Source: Lama glama (Eukaryota). From it: 64,000 bases of DNA. The translations under genes were made by a program, and so were the position numbers. Positions 59,025-64,000 of this stretch are shown piece by piece. The notes beneath the pieces are model-generated. The model was not told where the DNA came from. It saw only the letters and a list, made by a program, of their open reading frames with translations, and did not search any database. Numbering within the stretch: the first letter of the stretch is position 1; each line of letters begins with the position of its first letter. The stretch is from NCBI GenBank assembly GCA_028534125.1, contig CM052825.1, forward strand, positions 434,001-498,000, read 5' to 3'.

Positions 59025-59789
59025 GGGGAACCCAGACCTGCTGATGGGCCCAGGGGCTGTGTGTGCAGCTGTGGATGCGCCGCCTAGTCACTGCGCCGCC
59101 CCCGCCTTGGTTGAGATGTCCTCCCGCTGGTCGGATGGCGGTGCATGTTGTTCTGTTTCCTTCCGGAACGTTAAGGTGTCGGTTTTCTGGGTACAGCACG
59201 TGGGTGTACACACACACACCCCCACAGCCTCACGTTCACGCACACATGCCCAGCCCCACCCAGGCGGGTAGGCTAGGGGCCTGGGGTTTTCTCTCGTGTC
59301 CCAGGATGAGCCCTGCCTCTTGAGGCTCAAGTTGCCGCATCTGGAAGATGGGTCAGTGAGGGCGGACGGGGGACCTGGGTTCTGCGGGAAAGGCTCTCCT
59401 GGGGGGATGCACTTGCCAGGGCAGGCAGGGTCTTTGAGAGGGTGGGCCAGGGCCCTGGGTGACCCCACGGCTGTGCAGGGCACCCTGTGGCTGTCCTCAC
59501 TCACAGCCCAACCATTTTGGGGCCCCTGCCCTGGCAGCCTTAGCAAGGGCAGGGCTGAGATGGGTGGGCTGGGGTCCCCCTGCAAGGAGAGGCACCTTGT
59601 GCGCCCCACCACCCCCTGCCCAGAATCCAGGTTTGTGATGGGTCTGAGCTGTGGGTGCTGCTCGGATGTGGAAGGAGACGAGGGCTTGGAGGAAGGGCAC
59701 CTCCCCAAGGCCCTCGGGTGCCCCACTCCGGGGTTGGGGGAAGTCCCTTTCCTAGCACATATCAGAGGCCGTGGGCCCAGAGCCCCAAC

Positions 59790-59795
59790 TTTATT
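59790..59795 (-). terminator. ADAP1: Probable ADAP1 polyadenylation signal (AATAAA on the minus strand)
   Basis: TTTATT on the plus strand ~730 nt past the ADAP1 stop. Confidence 0.6.
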
Positions 59796-60124
59796 CCTGG
59801 ATGTGACATGGAGGGGGGATGTCCTGGTCAGGCAGGACACCACCCAGATAGCCCAGCAGGTGATCCCGTTTCCCCCAGCTCCTCTGGCTTCCTGGGGGTG
59901 ATGGGACCCTGTGCACATCCTCCACTTCTCCCGTGAGTATGTATGTTCTCAGGGACGGCACCCGGGAGAGGCTCGGTGGCAGTGAGCGCTAGCCAGCAGC
60001 ACACAGGGCCTCCATCCCCCCAGCGTTCCGGGACTGAGGGCAGGCCAGCGGTCAGCGCCAGGACCCACATGCACACGCCAGTCGGCTTCTTGAGGACGAG
60101 GCCCACGTCCTCCACTCTAGCCCC

Positions 60125-60172
60125 CAGGACCCCACGACTGACACAGCAAGTGCTCAATAAATACTTGTTGTG
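60125..60172 (+). mobile_element. L2 3'-end fragment within the ADAP1 3'UTR
   Basis: CTGACACAGCAAGTGCTCAATAAATACTTGTTG matches the L2 terminus (GGCACATAGTAGGTGCTCAATAAATATTTGTTG). Confidence 0.7.
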
Positions 60173-60527
60173 GGGGGAGGCGGGGACACGGGGCAGGATG
60201 GGGGGCATGCGGGCCGGCCCGCTGTCCCCACAGCCCGGCCTCCTGGTGCTCAGGTGGGCAGGGGCCGCTGGGGGCCAGGCTGGGGCCTCAGGAACAGTGA
60301 GCCAGCGGGCAGGGAGGGAGTGGGCGTCACGTCGGGGGGCAGCAGCAGAATGGGGTCAGAGGTCAGTCCGGGCCGGCCCGCAGTGGGGTTCTAGGGAAAC
60401 AGGTCCTAGTGGCGAAAGCTCAGGCCCCACCTGGCCGCGCCAAGGGCTCGCTCCTTCACTGGCTGCTGCCTCCTCGCCGGCCACATCCAGTGAGTCCGCG
60501 TCCTCGGGCTCCCACGGCCATCTCTCG

Positions 60528-60556
60528 CTAGGGTTTATGTTTGAAGTGGGCTTCCA
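60528..60556 (-). CDS. ADAP1: ADAP1 last coding exon: VEAHFKHKP*
   Basis: Minus-strand acceptor CTTTTCCAG|; TAG stop; matches the centaurin-alpha1 C-terminus. Confidence 0.95.
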
Positions 60557-60636
60557 CTGGAAAAGGGACAGGTGTCCAGCCTGGGCCCGGCCCTGCGGGT
60601 CGTCGGGCTCAGGCCCCAGGCTGCCCCGCGCCTCAC

Positions 60637-60865
60637 CTGCGTACTCCTGGGGCAGCATGGGCCGGTCCACCACCGTCCGGAGCGCCTCCATCCACGCCCG
60701 CTGCTCTGACTCCGTCTCACAGGCCAGCAGGAACCTGCGCTCGGGCGTGACGATGGTGATGCCGTGCGGCCAGTGGTGGCCCTGGGTGGATGGCGGGAGC
60801 CCATCGAGCACCGTGTAGCCGCTCTCCCTGCTGCCGATGAAGACCTCCCCACGGGCGAAGGCGTC
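60637..60865 (-). CDS. ADAP1: ADAP1 exon (second PH domain): DAFARGEVFIGSRESGY...VVDRPMLPQEYA
   Basis: CTGCAG| acceptor, CAG|GTGAGG donor, 229 nt. Confidence 0.97.
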
Positions 60866-61072
60866 CTGCAGGCAGGCACCAGACTGAGTAGGGGGCACCA
60901 GCCCCCTCCCCCAGCAGCGTAGCCAGCCACCCGCGGCGTGTGTCCAGCAAACATCGGCCAGTCAGCTCTTCTCGGTCCTGTGGGTAACCCGGGGAGGCAC
61001 AGCCACCCTGCGGGGGGCCCTGCCAGACAGCCCACGCAGCCCCAGCAGATTTGAGACCACCGCCGTCCTTAC

Positions 61073-61144
61073 CAGGGGGTCTTTGAAGTACATAAGCCTC
61101 CGGTCATCCATGGTGAACCAGCGCTTCCGGAAGCCTTCTGTCTG
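61073..61144 (-). CDS. ADAP1: ADAP1 exon: QTEGFRKRWFTMDDRRLMYFKDPL
   Basis: CCACAG| acceptor, CTG|GTAAGG donor, 72 nt; PH-domain FRKRWF motif. Confidence 0.97.
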
Positions 61145-61662
61145 CTGTGGGGCGAGGGTGCCGGGCGGTCACCACCAGGAGGGCGAGGCCGCCAGTTCGT
61201 CCACCCACCCATCCTCACTGGCTGATACCTGCTGGGGGCCGGCTGTACACAAGGTCCTCGCACCTACTGCTCCTCCTGCCTCAATGCTCTTCCCCCAACC
61301 CCAGCCCACCCCCCGCACCAGCTCCTCCCGTGGGCCCTGTCCACGTGCCTACGGAGTCTGGGCCAGAATGTGGGCCACCTGCGTCCTGGGATCCAAGTCT
61401 CCTGTGTCCCCCTTCACCCCCCCACACACGGCAGGGTTGGGCCGAGCTGGCTCTGGCCCAAGGGTGCAGAGAGCTGTGAGCGGGGAGGGCAGGAGGCAGG
61501 GCTGGGAGGTGGCCCAGGTCAGGGGAGCCTCTGCGCTTACAAGACATTCTGGGGGCAAGTTGAGGCCTCACCTGGCACTGTTGACCCCCATCCCGGCCCC
61601 AGGTGACCAAGACATGACCTTGGAAGGAGGCCTGGGCACCCGGGGCTCCAGCTCAGACTCAC

Positions 61663-61725
61663 CTTGGGCCCCGTCTTCTCCATGTAGCCTTCCTGAAGGT
61701 AGTTTCTGGAGAGCTTCGGCACCAG
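61663..61725 (-). CDS. ADAP1: ADAP1 exon: LVPKLSRNYLQEGYMEKTGPK
   Basis: CCCTAG| acceptor, AAG|GTGAGT donor, 63 nt. Confidence 0.97.
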
Positions 61726-61924
61726 CTAGGGCAGAACCTGGCTCAGCCCCCAGGCCACCCCTCCCTGGCCACCCCCGACTCAGGCACACAGCAGGGGCGC
61801 CGTGGTCTCCAGGGCCCACAGGCCAGTCACTGGCAGGGGTCTCTGGGGGTCCACGTGGGCCCTTGGTCAGCCCACCACCCGCCGTCCACCCCGACCCGAG
61901 GTTGAAGGCAGCACAGCCACTCAC

Positions 61925-62008
61925 ATCCGCATCACTGGCCCCGGGGAAGGCCACCTGCAAGTAGTGGAAGCGTGCGGCCCGGAGCGCGTTGAACCAGTCC
62001 ACAATCTC
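61925..62008 (-). CDS. ADAP1: ADAP1 exon (ArfGAP with dual PH domains 1): EIVDWFNALRAARFHYLQVAFPGASDAD; upstream exons lie outside the window
   Basis: CCCCAG| acceptor, GAT|GTGAGT donor, 84 nt. Confidence 0.97.
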
Positions 62009-63374
62009 CTGGGGGCAGAGGCTGGGTGTGGGCGGTGGCCACAGGCCCCTCTGGACTCACCCCATCCCGCAGCTCCCTGGCCCCACTCAGGCCTGTCCCC
62101 ACCACGTGCCCAGCTGGCTGCGGGCTGCTGTGGACACAGGCAGGTGCGGCGCAGGCCTGCTCAGGGAGGGCCCCCAGGGCAGCCTGGAAGGTCAGGGAAG
62201 GCGCCACTGCAGGGGCACCAGCCTGGCCAGACACCATGCCGTGGACCTTGTCCCAGCCTGGCCGATGCCCATGCAGTCAGGGAGCAGGCTGCGCCACAGA
62301 CAGCCATCTCTGGGCAGGCAGGGGCCAGCAGGCCTTGGGCTGTTGTGCAAGCTGCCCCCAGACCCTGATGCTGCTTTGGGTGCTGGCCAGGCTTTTCTGC
62401 CATTCCGCTATTTTTATGACCTGACGTCTTGCCTAGAAGGAGGCTCGCCTGTTTTAAACCCACCCAGGCCGCCACCTCCCCTGCCCCCAGGGAGGGAAGG
62501 GAGGGCAGAGGGCAGACCCAGGCTCCTGGCTGGACACCGGACGGGAGGGGGTTGGGCTGAATGCCAGAGGCAGAAGCGGCCCCAGGTGCTGCCCTCAGCC
62601 CCTGTGTGTTGCTGCCCGCCCCCACCCTTCCCTCCTGGCCCAGTGCCTGACCTGGGGTCGACCCACTCCCACAGCCCCTGTAACTACCCACCCTCTGCTG
62701 CTGGCAAGGCCCCGTCCTCACCCAGGGCTCCCACCTCTCCTGGCTGCCGAGATCACCGTCCCAGTGACCCCTACACACCTCTCCTCCCCTCACAGGCTCC
62801 CCAGTGCCTCCACTCTCAGGCAACTTCCAAGCTGGGGCCTCTCCCAGCACCTGGCCAGAGCCCCCGTGGGGTCAGCTGTGCACTGGGTAGACTGCTCCTC
62901 CCTGATCCCCAGGGCCACTCGGTGGGCGCCACCCTCAGCCAGTCCTGCCTTCATCCCGGTCCCTCCTCTGACCCCGGCTCTGCCCACCACAAGGCAGGCC
63001 CGGCTGCAGTGCCCCTGCTCTGTCCTCCCGCTGTGGCCCACAGGACCCTCGGCCCACATCGATCAGGCTGGGACCTCCACTCTGATCCCTGCCAGGAACC
63101 TTATCCCAATGCACCTAGCCCCTTGGGTCCCTGCCTGCCTGGTCGCTAGCACTGCTCAGGCCCGACCTTGAATCACTGAAACCAGGCGGCTGGAGGGATC
63201 CTCTGGAAGTCCAGTTAGGCAGGGCACCCTCCCCCCACTGCCCACTGCCCACTGCACAGCGGGAAGGACATACAGGCTCTGGTCAGAGCAGGACCATCCC
63301 CGGCTGTCCCCACCCCCTCCCTTTTCTGCTTCCCTCCTCCTTATCAGTGTCTCAGACATGATCTGTTTTTTTCC

Positions 63375-63480
63375 CCCACCACAGGGCCTTTGCACGTTCC
63401 TTCCTTTCTCCCAGAATGTGTCCACCCCTTGGGATGTTCCTAGTTCTCATAGCCCAGCACTCCACACCCCACACTCGCCC
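63375..63480. mobile_element. L2-like fragment
   Basis: CAGGGCCTTTGCACGTTCCTTCCTTTCTCCCAGAATG matches L2 consensus. Confidence 0.55.
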
Positions 63481-64000
63481 ACCAAGGCACAGCCCTGTCC
63501 AACAGGCTCAGCTGTGGCTATCGCAGGGCCTGGCATGGAGCAGGGGGGATGGAGGGCCGCTGGGGACTCGGGCTAGACAGCATCCGCTGCACGTGCACAG
63601 AGCCCCTGGGCTCCCAGCTCCTGCCCTCTGCCTTCCGTGGGTTCAGTCTCCCCTCAGGGAAAGTGAGGGTAGGGGCTTCTGGGTAAAACTGCAGTCCTGC
63701 TCACATGGTTGAGCCAGGTCCCCTCCCAAACCTGTTCGTTCCACATAAGGGACTGGTTGCCACAGGAAGGCCTATCCCCAAGACGGGGAGAGTCATTGTG
63801 CTGGGAGCTGTGATCCCGGCCGCTAAGCCTCAGGTCACAGAGGGAAGCTGAGCTGCCGCTGTGTGTACTGATGACCCCCAGGGCTTAGGGAGTCACAGTC
63901 TGCGCTCCCCTGGAAGTGGGAGGGGCTCTGAGCGGGAGAATTGGTTGAAACACCAACCCTTGTAGGACCACGAGCTCGCATCCCCTTGCAACTACAACAG

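Noticed and set aside
59088-63149. Long ORFs of 276-386 aa around and opposite ADAP1
   Set aside because: Antisense shadows of ADAP1 exons or Pro/Gly-rich intronic frames with no coding signature.
1-64000. CRISPR arrays, operons, defence systems, rRNA or genuine tRNA genes
   Set aside because: The sequence is a spliced mammalian locus. I saw no repeat-spacer arrays, and the only tRNA-like sequence is the SINE head at ~25700-25781.

Overview
Mammalian genomic DNA, not prokaryotic. A Vic-1-like tRNA-derived SINE suggests a camelid. The window holds the conserved SUN1-GET4-ADAP1 gene block. SUN1 (+, ~1300-43390) has a CpG-island promoter, a non-coding first exon and 21 coding exons I could splice in frame (ATG 13118, stop 41693, ~860 aa). 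GET4 (+, CDS 44157-58155) has 9 exons and 326 aa. The last five coding exons and 3'UTR of ADAP1 lie on the minus strand (~59770-62008, continuing beyond the window). Introns carry old L1, L2, MIR and MER3-type fossils. I find no new standalone gene system; most ORF-track entries are GC-rich artefacts. The best leads are in SUN1: a candidate extra 51-nt in-frame cassette exon, apparent decay of the CDDCKGK exon, a candidate truncated terminal exon, competing splice donors and a minimal uORF. Other leads are a phased CCAAT array in the SUN1 promoter, a triple CLEAR/E-box in the GET4 promoter and a strongly GC-shifted L1 fossil. Orthologue comparisons are from memory and need alignment.
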